DNA of 64,000 nt, taken from assembly GCF_009914755.1 (NCBI RefSeq), contig NC_060925.1. One strand, given 5' to 3'. The notes below the pieces were generated by a model that saw only the letters and a program-made list of their open reading frames with translations, was not told the DNA's origin and did not search any database. This document shows positions 14,568 through 30,095 of the stretch, in pieces. Both the position numbers and the translations under genes were made by a program. Numbering within the stretch: the stretch's first letter is position 1; every line of letters begins with the position of its first letter. The stretch is from the human T2T-CHM13v2.0 reference genome, Homo sapiens.

Positions 14568-16737
14568 TAGTGTTAAAGGTTTCATAATTAATATGACAAT
14601 ATTTTGGTATTTAGTGAGTAATTATAGTAAGGCTGCCTATACTTCCTAACCTATAATTACCTGTTGGTGACTGTTTTCAGTGCATCATATTGCAGGTGTT
14701 TAAGAATTGTACTCATTTACAAGCATGTTAATCAACTTCTAGTTGGGGTGTGTATGTGCAATGCAATTCTTTATAGCTGTTTTCCACAGTCTGTGACTGT
14801 TTTATGGAGGGCCTTTGAAATGATTTGGAAACTTTAAAGCACTTTCAATATGACATTATTTGCAGTTAAAATATTTATTACATTTGCTTAAGTCCTGAGT
14901 GGTCTAAAATCAAATACTTAATATTTAACTTAGTTTTAGTCAACATTTAATTTTCTAGGAGCTTCTGTGTCGATAAATCAGCTTTATATTCTTATAGTTA
15001 TAATTTGAGGATTTTATTTAACATAATCATTTATCATTTCATGTTGATAATATCAGTCATGTAATTTATACTCCAAATAGCTTTATAATTACTTACAGAT
15101 TTGTTTTGGGGCTTAATTCTTATAACTGAAATTAGGTATGATTTTTAATAGTAACCATATAATTATATAGAATAGAAAAATGTGTTGTTTCCATGAGCAA
15201 CACATTAGGACAACAGATTAGGACAGGCAGAATTAAAGTCTTGGAGATTAAATGTAGGAAATTAATTCCCAGGCTTATGATTATCACATTATTTTTAGTT
15301 AGTAGAAATGACAAGGGTATTGGTTTATGTAATTCCTTAAAGATAGCTTCTAAGTTTTGTGTCGTAGCTTGTCCAGGACCTTGTTGAAAGTACCTGGGCT
15401 TATGTCTGAGGCTCTGAATAGTCTTCTGCCACAGCTCTCTTTTTATACATTTGGATGTGATTGGATTGTATCCAGTTGATTTTTTTGACACATATTTAAT
15501 ATTTTTTGTTATTAATAAAATATTTACAAATCCTGTGGGTTCATTTCTTAAATTTTGTCGTGCATTAACTAGTTTATTCTTATTTTTATTATTTTTTTTT
15601 TAAGTGGGAACTGGGCAGTGAAGAGCCCCACTCCCAATTAGTTCATTCTTAATTATTTTGTTGAATGTTGGCAGTTTACCGCAGATAACACTAATAGAGA
15701 AATGTTTAGTTTTAGCATTTAGGATAACTTAGAAGACAATGTAATTAGTTTCAAAAATGTATACCCCTAATGTTGTGTTCATATCATCTGATAACCTCAA
15801 ATATAGTTAACATTCAAGAAAAGGAGTGCATTATGTGACTGGCCGTGTATGTTTTTGATTAAAAAAGAAAAAAGTTCGTTGTTTCATGGTTGAAAGGGAC
15901 AACATTTTTGGATGAGGTTTTTTTTTTGTTGTTGTTGTTGTTGTTTTTTAACACTTCTGCTTGAATTAAAACACTCTTAACCAAACCATGCTGAATTACC
16001 TAAGGAAGGGACCCCTGGAATGATAGCTTATGTAACAAGCAGCAGCAACAACCCTGACCAATATGATTTTTTTAAAGGAGTTAAGAAATTATAGGTGACT
16101 TGAAACTTAGAGCCAAGTAACATAAGTATTAAAAGTATAACCTTGATTTCTCATAAATATTTGGGACAGTGGCATTTAAATGTTACAAGGTAGAAGTCAG
16201 CTGACCTCTACATAATACACTAAATTACTCTAGTGCACAAAAAGAGGACAGTAATTCTTTAAAAGGGAGACGAGTACTCTAGTGAGAATATCGAGTTTGT
16301 TTTTATGTCTGGAATTAAAGTTCAGATCTTAATCATAAGTTCTATTTTGAGGGCTTTTGTTGAAGATTTTTCATAATCTTAACTTTGCATGCCCCAAAAT
16401 GACTTTATCTTTTTGCTTTCAGTAAAGTACAGTTGACTTAGTTCGAATCTATCTAGAAATAAGATCCTAGAGGAGACAAAAAACAGCTTGAGAGGATGAT
16501 TTTTTTTAAAGTCCTGATTGCTGTCAGTCTCAGAGCAATATGGATCAGAGCTGTACAGTGCAAACGGGAAGAAAGCAAAATATATGTTGGGTAAGGGAGG
16601 GTATCATCAACATTTGTCCTTTAGGTGCAATCAGTGCTACAGAATATTTACTTCAAGAGCAGAAATTTATGGGATAAAGAAGTATATTGCATCCAGAACA
16701 CATACAGACACTGGATTTCCTTTTAAATGGTCAGTAT

Positions 16738-17045
16738 TGCCGGTGCAGTGGCTCATGCCTGTTATCTCAGTACTTTGGGAGGTTGAAGCATGCAGATTGC
16801 TTGAGCCTGGGAGTTCAAGAACAGCCTAGGCAACATGGCAAAACCCCATCTCTACAAAAAATAGAAAAATTACCTGAGTTTGGTGGCATGCAATTGTGGT
16901 CCCAGTTATTGAGGGTGCTGAGGCAGGAGGATTGCTTGAGCCTGGGAGGGCAAGGCTGCAGTTAGCGGTTTGGTGCCACTGTACTCCAGCCTGGGCAACA
17001 GAGCATGACACTATCTCAAAAAAAAAAGAAAAAGAAAGGAAAAAA
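16738..17045 (+). mobile_element. AluJ
   Basis: Dimer with gcttgagcctgggag J-type positions; tcagtatt on both flanks. Confidence 0.92.
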
Positions 17046-17474
17046 GTTATCAGTATTTTATTTATATACATCAGCCCTAAATCCTCAGTATTTTATATAT
17101 ATACATCAACCCTACCACCAGTTCTCCCGGCTAAGTAACAAAAAGGAATTCTGTCAGCATCATTTAATTCCGTAGGCATTTAACATTATGTGAGGGGAGC
17201 CATTCAGTTGCACAAATAGGTACAGCACAGTAAGCCGCAAGAGTAACTTAGTAAACAAAGCATTAGCATTATTATGATACTTTTAACTCACTGTGGCATC
17301 TTCCCAGACTTTCTAGAGAGTAAATTAACTGAGTCTGGGTTGCTGTTGGGACTAGTAAGAGAATCTTTCAAAAGGGAATTTAAAGATACGCTCCCTAGGT
17401 ACCCGTACTCTGTGAGTAAAAGTATTAGCAAACTGTTTATAACATTTATTTTAACATGAATGCCACTTCCAGGC

Positions 17475-17793
17475 CTTTTTTTTGTGTGTGTGTGTGTGAG
17501 ACTGAGTCTCATTCTGTCACCCAGGTGGGAGTGCAGTGGTGTGATCTCAGCTTAATGCAGCCTCTGCCCCCACCCCCACCCCCTGCTGGGGTTCAAGTGA
17601 TTCTCCTGCCTCAGCCTCCCGAGTAGCTGGGATTACAGGCACCTGCCACCATGCCCGGCTAATTTTTGTATTTTTAGTAGAGATGGGGTTTCACCATCTT
17701 GGCCAGGCTGGTCTTGAACTCCTGACCTCGTGATCCACCCCCCTTGGCCTCCCAAAGTGCTGGGATTACAGGCGTGAGCCACCGTGCCCGGCC
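17475..17793 (-). mobile_element. AluS with (TG)n in the tail and an internal C-run expansion
   Basis: Full dimer, reverse orientation. Confidence 0.93.
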
Positions 17794-17852
17794 AACTTCC
17801 AAGCATTTTTAATACAGGAATATATTTTTCTAGTAAATTAGGATGATGGTAG

Positions 17853-18215
<363 letters not shown>

Positions 18216-18520
18216 TGAGTTAATTTTTTCCTTAAGAGCTATATATACATTTTTGCTAAGCTTTTCTAGATTTTTCTTGAGTTAATTATTATTTTGATAA
18301 TCTTGCTTTTATATACTTGATCTTAACCAGAAGGCCGAGAGTGATAAAATCTTGCTTTTATAATACACATTAAACTTTACCATCTATTATATCTTCATAA
18401 ATAAGGCATTTAGACTTTTCAGTGTCTTATGAAATATTGTAAACTACAGTTCATATTATGTATGAGACAAGCATATCATTAAAGCAAGATTTAGAATGTA
18501 TATTTTTAATACACTGTTGA

Positions 18521-18900
<380 letters not shown>

Positions 18901-19407
18901 ATACAGTTTTTTTATAGAGGAAAAAAAACATGTATATGGTGACTTTCCTTTTCCTAGCTTTCCTGAATCTTTCCTCTAACAAGTAATATTTAAGAATTAG
19001 TAATGTAACTCTAGTGTAGTCCCATTGACACAGATATGGGTTGTTGTATCCATTCTTTATGTAAAATGTCTGATATGCCTAATTTATTCCCATGTTAAGA
19101 GAATTTATTGTCTACACCTCATTCAGTCTAGCTTTGGAGTGAAACATTCCACTACCACTGGCAATTTGTTACTTAAACAGAAAAGAGTATTGAACCCCTT
19201 GTCTTTCATGAATTGCTTTAAAATGGTGATTAATTGTTATGATGGAATTAACTTTACAGTGCTATCCTTAATTATTCCCTAATGTTTACAGAATAAAAAA
19301 ATAATGCAAAATAAAAAATAAAAATAAAAAAAAATTGACTTTGTCAATGTACTCCAGTAAAGATGTTCTTAAAGCTGACCAAATAATTACCTTCGAAAGA
19401 TGTGCTT

Positions 19408-19744
<337 letters not shown>

Positions 19745-21255
19745 CTAAACTGCACTGTTTCTTGATCAAGTTCATTTATAGGTAGGTATCTCTGCTGGTC
19801 ACTTCCTTAGAAGGTCAAATGCTCTAAAGCCCACAGTAAAACAATCTGAAAGAGAATAAATGGGTATGATTCACCCTTGGAAATCATGGGACAATGGAGT
19901 GTGTACATCATCCCCCATTATTCAAAGCTGGTGATTGCTAAAGTGGAATTTCATAAATAGCAGTATTGCAAATTTTATCTAATTGCTTAATGTTAAATTT
20001 ATAGTTAATTTTTTTTCCATTGGTAGTATTCAAGCATAATAATATAGAATTAGATACAGCATCTAGTCTGCAGATATATCTTAAAATAGTCATGATTTTC
20101 AAGGTATTATATAGGGAAAAGCAATAGTAACATCTTTTATTTTTTTCAACCATTTCAGAAATAATGTTCACACGTGAGCTACATTCAGTCTGTAATCATC
20201 AGCAGTAACAACATAAGAATGGCCATGCTGGGTCAGACCCATGGTTCATCCAGTTTTCTCTTTCAGAAAGCATCACCAAAGTGTGGGCTGGCTTAGTTGG
20301 TCCTCTGTGATGTCAAGATCAACAGGTTAGGTAGGGATGTGCCACCAAATGTTCTAATTTCTCTATTGATCTCCCCATAGCTTCTGAAAACTTTTTGAAG
20401 ATACTTTTATCTGTAACTTTAATGACTCTTAAGGTTAAATATTCTTTAGGTAGAGTGGCCACAGTTAAAAATAAACAATATCTTAATAGTGGTCACCTGG
20501 TATAATGGTATGACGTGAACTAATGTGTTTTTTCCCTTAGGCAGGAATACCATGGTTTTGTAGGCTTCAGTTGTAGCCCCACTGGGTTGTTTTTTTTTTA
20601 TAAAGTTTATTTAACTGAAAGAATCATACTTTTTTACTGAGACTCTTCCCTTTTAGCTGTGTTATGTCTTCTGTAAGAAGCAGTGACCAAACTACATTTC
20701 TTTCCAGATGGGGATAAATTTTTCTGGTTTGCTTCCATTACCATCTCTTTCTGTTAATAGCTGCACTTTAAGTGACTTCATAAAACATTAAGCTAATGTG
20801 TTTAGAGAGAAATTTGAGTGAATTTTCTCATCCTTCTTTTTAGGTCAAAATCCATAATTCAGAGCACATTATCCTGAAAGTCATTTGTTCACCAGGATGA
20901 AACACATTTTCCCCTTTTCTGCCTACAAACAGCCTTTGAAAGATTCTGCTACACATTGTCCCTATTTACTACCTGGAAGAATTGGGAACCTTATTGGAGA
21001 TTTCATTGTAGAATACTCAGCTTTCCAAATAATTTTTCCAAAAACTAAACATTAACTCAGCATAACTTTGATTACCTGAATGCTGCTTCAACTTTCTGGA
21101 TGGTTTGTCTGATTCTGCCCTTTCCTGAATATTCTGGATGCTATTAATCTTTAGGAAACAATGATAATAATAATTACTATCCTTTCACAGAATTATGACT
21201 ATATCCAGAAATTAAAAATAATTTTGATATCAACTCTTGTTTCCTTTGCCTTGGC

Positions 21256-21555
21256 TTTTTTTTTTTTTTTAAAGACGGAGTCTCAACCTGTTGCCCAGGC
21301 TGCTGGAGTACAGTGGCGCAATCTCGGCTCACTGCAACCTCCACCGCCCGGGTTGAAGTGATTCTACTGCCGCCGCCTCCCGAGTAGCTGGGATTACAGG
21401 CATGCGCCACCACACCCGGCTAATTTTGTATTTTTAGTAGAGACAGGGTTTCTCCATGTTGGTCAGGCTGGTCTCAAACTCCCAACCTCAGGTGATCCAC
21501 CTGCCTCGGCCTCCCAAAGTGCTGGGATGACAGGCGTGAGCCACCACACCCGGCC
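21256..21555 (-). mobile_element. AluS (Sp/Sq-like)
   Basis: Full dimer; ttggctttt on both flanks. Confidence 0.94.
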
Positions 21556-22289
21556 TTGCTTTGGCTTTTAACTTCCTTCATATTATCCATTCCCACTATA
21601 ACGTATTTATTTCCAACAATTCCTCATCATGTGTCTTCTGTTAGCCTTAGCACCTGAAGTCCCTTTGGGACTCACCACACTTATTTCTGTGTGCTTCAAA
21701 TTTGTTATGTAATTTTTCTATAATTATGATGAGTAGCATAAAGCTGAAGAAGTCTTCAAGACCATCTAATTTAATTCTATATAGATTTATAGGTATTCAA
21801 GACCATCTAATTGAATTCCCTTCATTTATAGATGAGGAAAATAAGGCATAGAATGTAAATTGCATAGGTCATGGTCATATACATTTCTGAGATATGTATT
21901 AGTTTTATACCTCAGACTATTAGAAGTTTCTTGAAGTCAGGTATCACATCCCTATATTTGTTAAATCCCTATAACCTAGGAGACAGTGATGACCATATAG
22001 GTTGAGATAACTACAATTAATAGCATATTATAGACTATTAACACAGACTTTCAGAAAATTCCTCAGAGCTTCCACTGTTTCCTTCTTATTTACCCTGCTC
22101 ACAAAATTCTAAGAGATTTGTCTTAATATTTCTATCATACTTATGCTGAAGGAATTTTAAGATAAATAACACAATTAGAATTTTATTGAGTTTCTTTCTG
22201 TTCTGTGCCTTGCACAACTTAGGTACCAGTGGTGCAGGTATAAACAAAGTAGACTAAAAATTCCTGACCTTGGGGAATTCTAGTGCAGT

Positions 22290-22502
22290 ATCTAGTATCA
22301 GCAAACTTTTTCTGTAACAGGTAGAGAATAAATATTTTATGCTCTGTAGTAAGAAAGGACTTAATCACACTACTCAGTTGTGCAGTTGTTGCAGGAAAGC
22401 AGTCATAGACACTATGTAAACAAAGGTGTGTGGCTGGGTTCCAATAATACTTTATTTACAAAAAACAGATGGCCAGCCCACAGGCTATAGTTGGCTGACT
22501 TT
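22290..22502. mobile_element. MER58A-like hAT DNA transposon
   Basis: cagcaaactttttctgtaa...gttccaataatactttatttacaaaaa...atagttggctgac. Confidence 0.75.
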
Positions 22503-23226
22503 TATTCTAGTGGTTTAGTAGCACTTTTTGGATTATGAAACATTTTTATGTACATATATAATACAATAACCATGTGTGTTAGACATATGATTTATCTACA
22601 TTTTGTAGGTGATACACTAAACCTGAGAGAGACAAATCTCTATCCCAGATCTGCTCACCAATGTCACTTAACCACAGTTACGTAGTTCAGGAATGATTTA
22701 GAGAAGAAATGAGCTCACATACAATGAGAAAGTGACAGGATAAAACCAGCAGATAATCCCAGGAATTTAGTTAGCATCTTATAGCTCAGATCTGGCAGAA
22801 ATATAATACCAAAAATATCCAGGAAGGTTTTAGGAGGTAATCAGTCCTTTTTGTTAGGCTCAAATTTGTCTTTTAGGTATCGCCTTTAGGAGCTTTAAAA
22901 TTCAATCTATGTTTGTACAGAAATTCTTTTGTACTTTTACTAGACATCACCCCTATCACTTCAGTTAAGAGATCTTCCAGTTCTAGTTGGGCCACTCTGA
23001 GCACCTGCCTACAACTTTACAAGCTTTAAAATTTCCTATGGGTCTCTAAAATTTGTTACTTTAAAGCCGTTATGCATTTTTCCTATAAACATGTAACCAA
23101 AAGGAGCTTTTCATTTAAATATTCAGATCCTGGTATGATAGATGAAGCACTGGAATGAATGTTAAGTGAATATTAGGATATATTTGTTAAGAAAGCCTTC
23201 TGAATTTAACCTCAACTAATTTTTAA

Positions 23227-23466
<240 letters not shown>

Positions 23467-25211
23467 TGACTTGGGAAATTCCGTTTGGGTTTCTATTAAA
23501 CTTCCAGAGCAGAAAGTAAAAAATGATAACACATGAGACAAACATAACATCAGCATACATATATACTAACAGAATACAAAGTGATTGGACATCACTAAAA
23601 AGTAATTTTAATAAAGCCTACTGTCAACAGTGACTATTTCTTGTAAGAAATTTGTTCTTTTTCAGTAGCATCTCTTTTCCTGTCTTGTCTAGTTGGGTTG
23701 ATGCCTAGATACAAGTATTTATGTTAACTCTTAGGTCAAAACCCTGCAGTTTCACATGAGATATACAGATCATTGCAAAATACCTTGATGTAAGGTAACA
23801 AGTGCACTGTTTTGAATATTTAAGTTCTCTTTGATAGCATAATAACCTTGAATAATGAGAAAAGATAAAGCCGGTATCAACCTGTATATTAATATTCTAC
23901 AGAAATATTTGTTTTTCTCTCCAAGAAAAAGAGAAGAAAAAGGCATACCAATTGTTTGAGGTTCAGATAGTGTTTCCGTTTAAAATATACAGTGGACCAG
24001 AGATCACTGTGCTGATCAGTAGTAAGAGCCAGAGAATTATTTTGATTTCTTCTTTGATTAAATGGTCTTTTTAAGTAAAAGAGTTCCAAGAAGAAAGTAA
24101 TAAGCGCCACCCCCAGCTCCTCTGAGGAAACTGGTGATAGGAGAGTACCAGTGAAGAGCTGACTTCTTCCTGACAGAAACTGGAAGAGAAACACTGTGAA
24201 AGCCTTGATCCTCTTCTGACCTTTGGTCTCACATTGGTCCTGCTGGAGTGTATATGCTTAGTTCATTTCATGACCCCTCTCTGTTCCCTCACTACTTCTA
24301 GGAATAAACCAAACAAACAAAACTTAGGGCCCAGTAACTATGTCCTGGTCCAAGAAGGTTTATTGACTTGATGTCTAATGTTTGTCACGTCCATTCTGAA
24401 GTAGAATAAGATGCTGAGACTCTGACCTTGGGACTAACCGTATAGGCTCAAGGGAGGCAGACAGTTGGTACTACTATTGTTTTTCCTGTTTGTTCTTAAC
24501 ATATTAACACCAAATCATTTTCTTTTCCTTTTTAAGAAACTATTTGATGAGAACATGCTGTTAGGCTAGGAAAGTGTTCATAAGTTACTTATAAATTACT
24601 TGTAGCTCAAAAGCCACTCAACATTACGTACAGTCAAAACTGCCAGCTTTTTCAAAGGAAGGAAGGAACTTTTCATCCCAATGTTATATTACTTTTTTAT
24701 ATGGGGCTTTAATTAGTACTTTGAAATCTTACAGTTATTTTTGACCTAATCACAGTCGTCAGCTAGCTTTTTGGACTTGTTCCTACAGAATTGTTCTCTT
24801 CAATATATTATGATGCATAATCCCCATGTGCATTCATGATTTGAGTGCATTGAGTTGGTCAAAATAGAATATTTTCTTCTATCAGAATACAGTATTTGAG
24901 GCTCATCCTTTATGCCGAATATTTTTCAAGCAATTAAATTGTAATTATTCAGTGATGCACCCTATATTTTACTTCTTATCACCAAAATTTGCATTCCATT
25001 TTACAGTCAACTCTAAAATGAACTTTTGTTTTCTTTTATTAGAATAATTTTGCTTTTACTTTTCTCACCTACTATAGAATTTGTATTTACTTTTTAAGTA
25101 ATTTGTATTTACTTAAGTAAATAATTTAGCACTTTCAAGTATATGCTTGGATAGTGCGGCATTAGTTTTTTAACATTATGACAGATTATTTAAGTCTACT
25201 TAGGTAAATAG

Positions 25212-25515
<304 letters not shown>

Positions 25516-25769
25516 TTGTGTGATCTTTTAAAGTACAGTTCCCATAGATTTACATTAAGAATAAAAAAGTCATGACATCTTGCTTTTATATGGCAGTTTA
25601 CTCAAGCTTTTTAAAGAAAGAGCATTCATCTTGCTTTTACGTGGTTTTAGAATGTTGAAAACCTTTTGTTAAATCTGAGTAATTTACTGCATTTTCCATT
25701 AATTCAGCTTAGTTAGACTGCTGGATCCAGTGCTTGTTTGCTGTCACATATACCTAATATGCTTTTAAC

Positions 25770-25975
25770 ATATGCCAAATTCTGTTCTTAGTTCTTTACA
25801 TTTATTAACTTATTTAATTTTCACAACAACCCTGTGAGGAATATCTATTATGATCTTCATTGTATATATGTAATGAAATGGAGATACAGAAAGAGTAAAT
25901 AATTTGCCTAAGGCGACATAGCTTATAAGTAATAGAGCAAGAATTTAGACTATGTATTTGATACCTTGCTTCCTT
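25770..25975 (-). mobile_element. MIR
   Basis: tcacaacaaccctgtgagg...taatttgcctaagg. Confidence 0.7.
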
Positions 25976-26020
25976 GATAACAATAACTACAAGCTGTTTT
26001 ATAATAGTTTGCAAATTTAA

Positions 26021-26392
<372 letters not shown>

Positions 26393-26597
26393 ATTTTAGA
26401 CCTATTTTACTTTCTTTGGAGTAAATTCTGGTGTGACTAAAATTTTCAGGGTTGATGGGTTACCTTAAAAAGTTGATTTCCTTGAAGCAGTTTGAAAATT
26501 TGAATTGAGTCTTAACTTTAGGAAATGAGGTTTCATAATTCTGCCTTTTGCAGATTTTTTTACTTTAAAGCTGTCAGACTCTTTTAAGGGTATTTTA

Positions 26598-26727
26598 AAA
26601 ATTAGTAAATTTGAATGAACTAAAGATATATCTCTACCTTCTCATTTGAATATCTTTAGTTCATTCAGATTTACTAATTTTGGTAAATCTGAATGAACTA
26701 AAGATGTATCTGTACCTTCTCATTTGA
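26598..26727. repeat. Direct-inverted-direct micro-triplication with hairpin potential
   Basis: 26598-26629 is the reverse complement of 26650-26681 (31/32); 26605-26649 repeats at 26683-26727 (42/45). Confidence 0.95.
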
Positions 26728-27894
26728 TGTATTAATCATAAAATTTCACTACAAGGTAATTTTTGCTTAGTTTGATGGATGAATGGGAAACTCAAGTCCA
26801 AATTTCTGCTTAATACCAATTTCTCTGAGTTTCTTGAAATGTCTTTAAAACAGACATTTTTCTCACCAAACAGTTTGAGTATCTTTATTAAGGAAACCCT
26901 TACGAATCCTGAAAATTATGCTAGCATGATTTTTTTATATATAGAAGTTTAAAAATAAACCAGGTCAGGTTTGTATATGTAAAATTGTTGACATCAATGA
27001 TGTCTTTCCATATTCTTATCTGGGCTTAAGAAATACATTCTGTATTTTTCCAGATTCTTTGTAGCCTTTGAAAGATTTTTACAGTACATATGTCTTGACT
27101 GAGCTGTCCTTTCTTAATACAAAAGCGTGTATAATTTTCTTAACTTGTACAGTTGGTAAACTTTTATGAGAGGAATTGTTATTCTGAGTCTGTCAGCTTT
27201 CATTTTATTTTGCTAAGGTTTTTCTAATGAATTTTTAAGTGTTTGTGTAGTAATTAAGTCATATTTCTTATCCAGGTGGTTAAAGCATTCATAAAGGATT
27301 ATAAAATTTTTTTTTTTTTTTTTTTTTTTAAATTTCTACTTAAGGGCAAGTAATTTGAGAATTCTGAAATTAAGCATGATGCTTAGATTGCAGTTTGTTT
27401 TGCATTTGCTATAATTTTCAAAATTATTTTTGAAGCAAGACAAAAGTTTAATGTCAGCTTAAGTGCTTAAATATATCATGCTGACCAGAATCCTGTTATT
27501 TTTATATGCATCATAAAATTTCCCATTTCTGCATTAAATAAACAGAGGAGGGGGGTCAAGTGATACTTAGATATTGGCACACACAAGGAACAACTGTTGG
27601 CAGGCAGTATCGATTTTATGAAGAGAAAGTGAAGTTTGAAAACTTTTCAAACTTTTCTAGTTACAATCCAATTTTTCAGATTTGATAATGCTTTTCCAAA
27701 GTGAAAATAAGATACACAATAATCATTGCTCTGTGTGATTACAGATAGGATTATCCATCTGCATAGCCTTGTAAAAGTGCCATTTTATTTTTAGTGCTAA
27801 ATTCTTGTTAAATAATGTAGTTTTATATAGCTGATAGACCAACCTATATCCAAACTTTTATAAAATATTAATTATTCTTGTTTTTCTCACACAG

Positions 27895-27965
27895 GCATAC
27901 TCCAAATGCTTCTTCCAGTTCATTTTTCAGCCATCAGTTCAAGAGCCAATGCCTTTTTAAAATAA
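27895..27965 (+). CDS. MIER1: MIER1 alpha-isoform terminal exon (G)ILQMLLPVHFSAISSRANAFLK*, with LXXLL motif LQMLL
   Basis: Internal donor CCAG|gtgaaa at 26084/26085 and acceptor tttttctcacacag|GC at 27894/27895 join in frame (G|GC = Gly); peptide matches the known MIER1-alpha C-terminus. Confidence 0.92.
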
Positions 27966-27966
27966 A
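27961..27966 (+). terminator. Candidate proximal poly(A) signal overlapping the alpha-isoform stop codon
   Basis: AAA TAA A gives AATAAA; followed by GT/T-rich tgtggtcttgttttt. Confidence 0.65.
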
Positions 27967-29499
27967 GCTTCTGTGGTCTTGTTTTTAATGGCTCAACTGT
28001 CTGATGTAATTGAGTGAAGGTTTGCACTGAGAAATTAGCATTCAGGCCTTACCCCCATGAAGTATTACTGTTAACATATGTTCGGACTGCTTCCCTTCAC
28101 CAATGTGAACAACTTTTTTTCCCAAACAGTGTTAAAAGCCACTTTGCAACACTTGACTTCATCTTAATGTACATTCACTGTTGTTACATACATATCTAAG
28201 TAAATCAAAGTTTTGGGTGGAAGTGTTGAGAAGTATGAGTTTTTTGTTGTTTTTGTTTTACTTAAAACTTTTAATTTATCCAGAATGGCAGTAGCTTTAG
28301 CAAGCAGATGGTCACAATCTGTTTTCTAAATCATTTTTTATTAAATGAATCCAAAGTATCCTAGCTCTTTGTCAAAGATGGTCTGTAGAAATGTTTTTAA
28401 AGATTAGGGATGCTGTACTTTTTGAATTGTTGCAGTGTTGGAGATGCCATTTTCACCTTTTTAAAAAGATGCATTTTATTTGCAGGTTTGTGAAGTTCTT
28501 GCAAACTCTTACTACAGAAATGTTTTAAATACATTCTCAGGCATGTTTGCAAAAATATGGCACATGTATACATTTTAGGAAATGTTACTTTTGTTAATCT
28601 TTAAAAAATACACCTAATGAAAGACATTCCACTATTATGCGTAATGCTCAGCTTTTTGTAAAGAAATATTTAATTGTATTTTGTGTTTATACAGGTATTT
28701 CACACAATAATTTGTTCTTAATGCAGCCACTATAACTTGATAAGTCATTGCACTATTTAAAAAGTTTTAGTAATATCATGAATTTAATTTGCTTAAGATT
28801 TAGTACATTTCAGAACTTTTGAACTTTTGACAAATTGCATTGGGAAAAGAAGTCTGTTAATAGTGATTTAGTCTCCCCGCCTCATTCCCACCCCCAACAA
28901 AGCACTATCATTTTCATTTGGAATGGGTATTTTCTGTTTCATGATGTATTTTCAAATAGAGTTCAGGATCTGCAATTCAGTTCAACACAAGTTTGTTGAG
29001 CTTTAAAATGTATTTGAAGTAATATTTAAATAGGCATTTAAAATTTCAAATTAGATGTTAAATTTATGCATAGTAATTTTGCACTGTAAAATAATTCCCT
29101 TCTCCCATTCCTTGTCTGCCATTCTGAATATGCTTATTAAAATATTTTTTTAAACATATTTGCCTACATAATACTGTGTGAATATTTTCATTAGATTAAT
29201 TCACTAAGATTTTATTAGAGATTGTTTGAATGATGCATGTTATTGACAAGGCAAATATATATATATACACAGTCTGTTTCTTCTATTCCTAGACATATTG
29301 CACTACTTTTTCAGTGGTTCTTGGTCCCCTTTACCACATCTTGGGTGATGTATTTTTGTCTTCTTCCCCTTTGCCACAAGAGATCCTTTCAGTCCCTAGA
29401 CCTCCATTCACTCTGTTTCTCTTCTGCTGGATTATATAATTTAAAAATAATGTGTTCCCGTATTTTGTAGTGGAGTTCATATCACATTATGTTTTGCAA

Positions 29500-29505
29500 A
29501 ATAAA
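29500..29505 (+). terminator. Candidate MIER1 poly(A) signal
   Basis: AATAAA followed by T-rich sequence. Confidence 0.55.
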
Positions 29506-30089
29506 ACTTGTTTTGTCACAATATTTTCTTTGCTATCGATGGATAATTAGGAGTGGGCACTTGGAATAACTGAGGGCTGGTGAATATAATAGGCAATATT
29601 TACATGGGGTGTGTAACTAAATACCAAATCAGATAGTAAGGTTTTCCCAACTATAATCCATATTCATGAAAAATGCCAGTGTGGAAAACCATGTAACATA
29701 CAGAAGAACAGGAGTTTCCAAATTTTAACCTTTTATTCTAAAAATGACTCTCTTCTCTCAAAATGACTTTTTCTGTATCACATAATTCTACTGATACAAC
29801 TTTTTACCGTAAAAATTAACTCTCTTCTTTAATATCAAGTTCATCCTTTGCAGAATCTTAAAGGGTTTTCCACACATCCATCCACCCACTTACAGACTGA
29901 TTTCATGTATCTGAATATCTGATTAACCTTTCTTTTCTAATACCAGTTTTCCATAAACTCTTGTCATGTACCCTTAGTATTGTGCTGATCTTTTGCCAAC
30001 TATACGGACGTGGAGTTTTTCCTTTTCAGAATATGATTATTTTCAATTTGTCTTTAGTTAGTATAAAGAATTATAGAATGTATAATGTA

Positions 30090-30095
30090 ATTAAA
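30090..30095 (+). terminator. Candidate distal MIER1 poly(A) signal
   Basis: ATTAAA preceded by TGTA motifs. Confidence 0.45.

Noticed and set aside
21755-21818. 23-bp direct repeat ttcaagaccatctaatt(t/g)aattc; also an 11-bp tandem at 4761-4783
   Set aside because: Two copies only; ordinary local duplications
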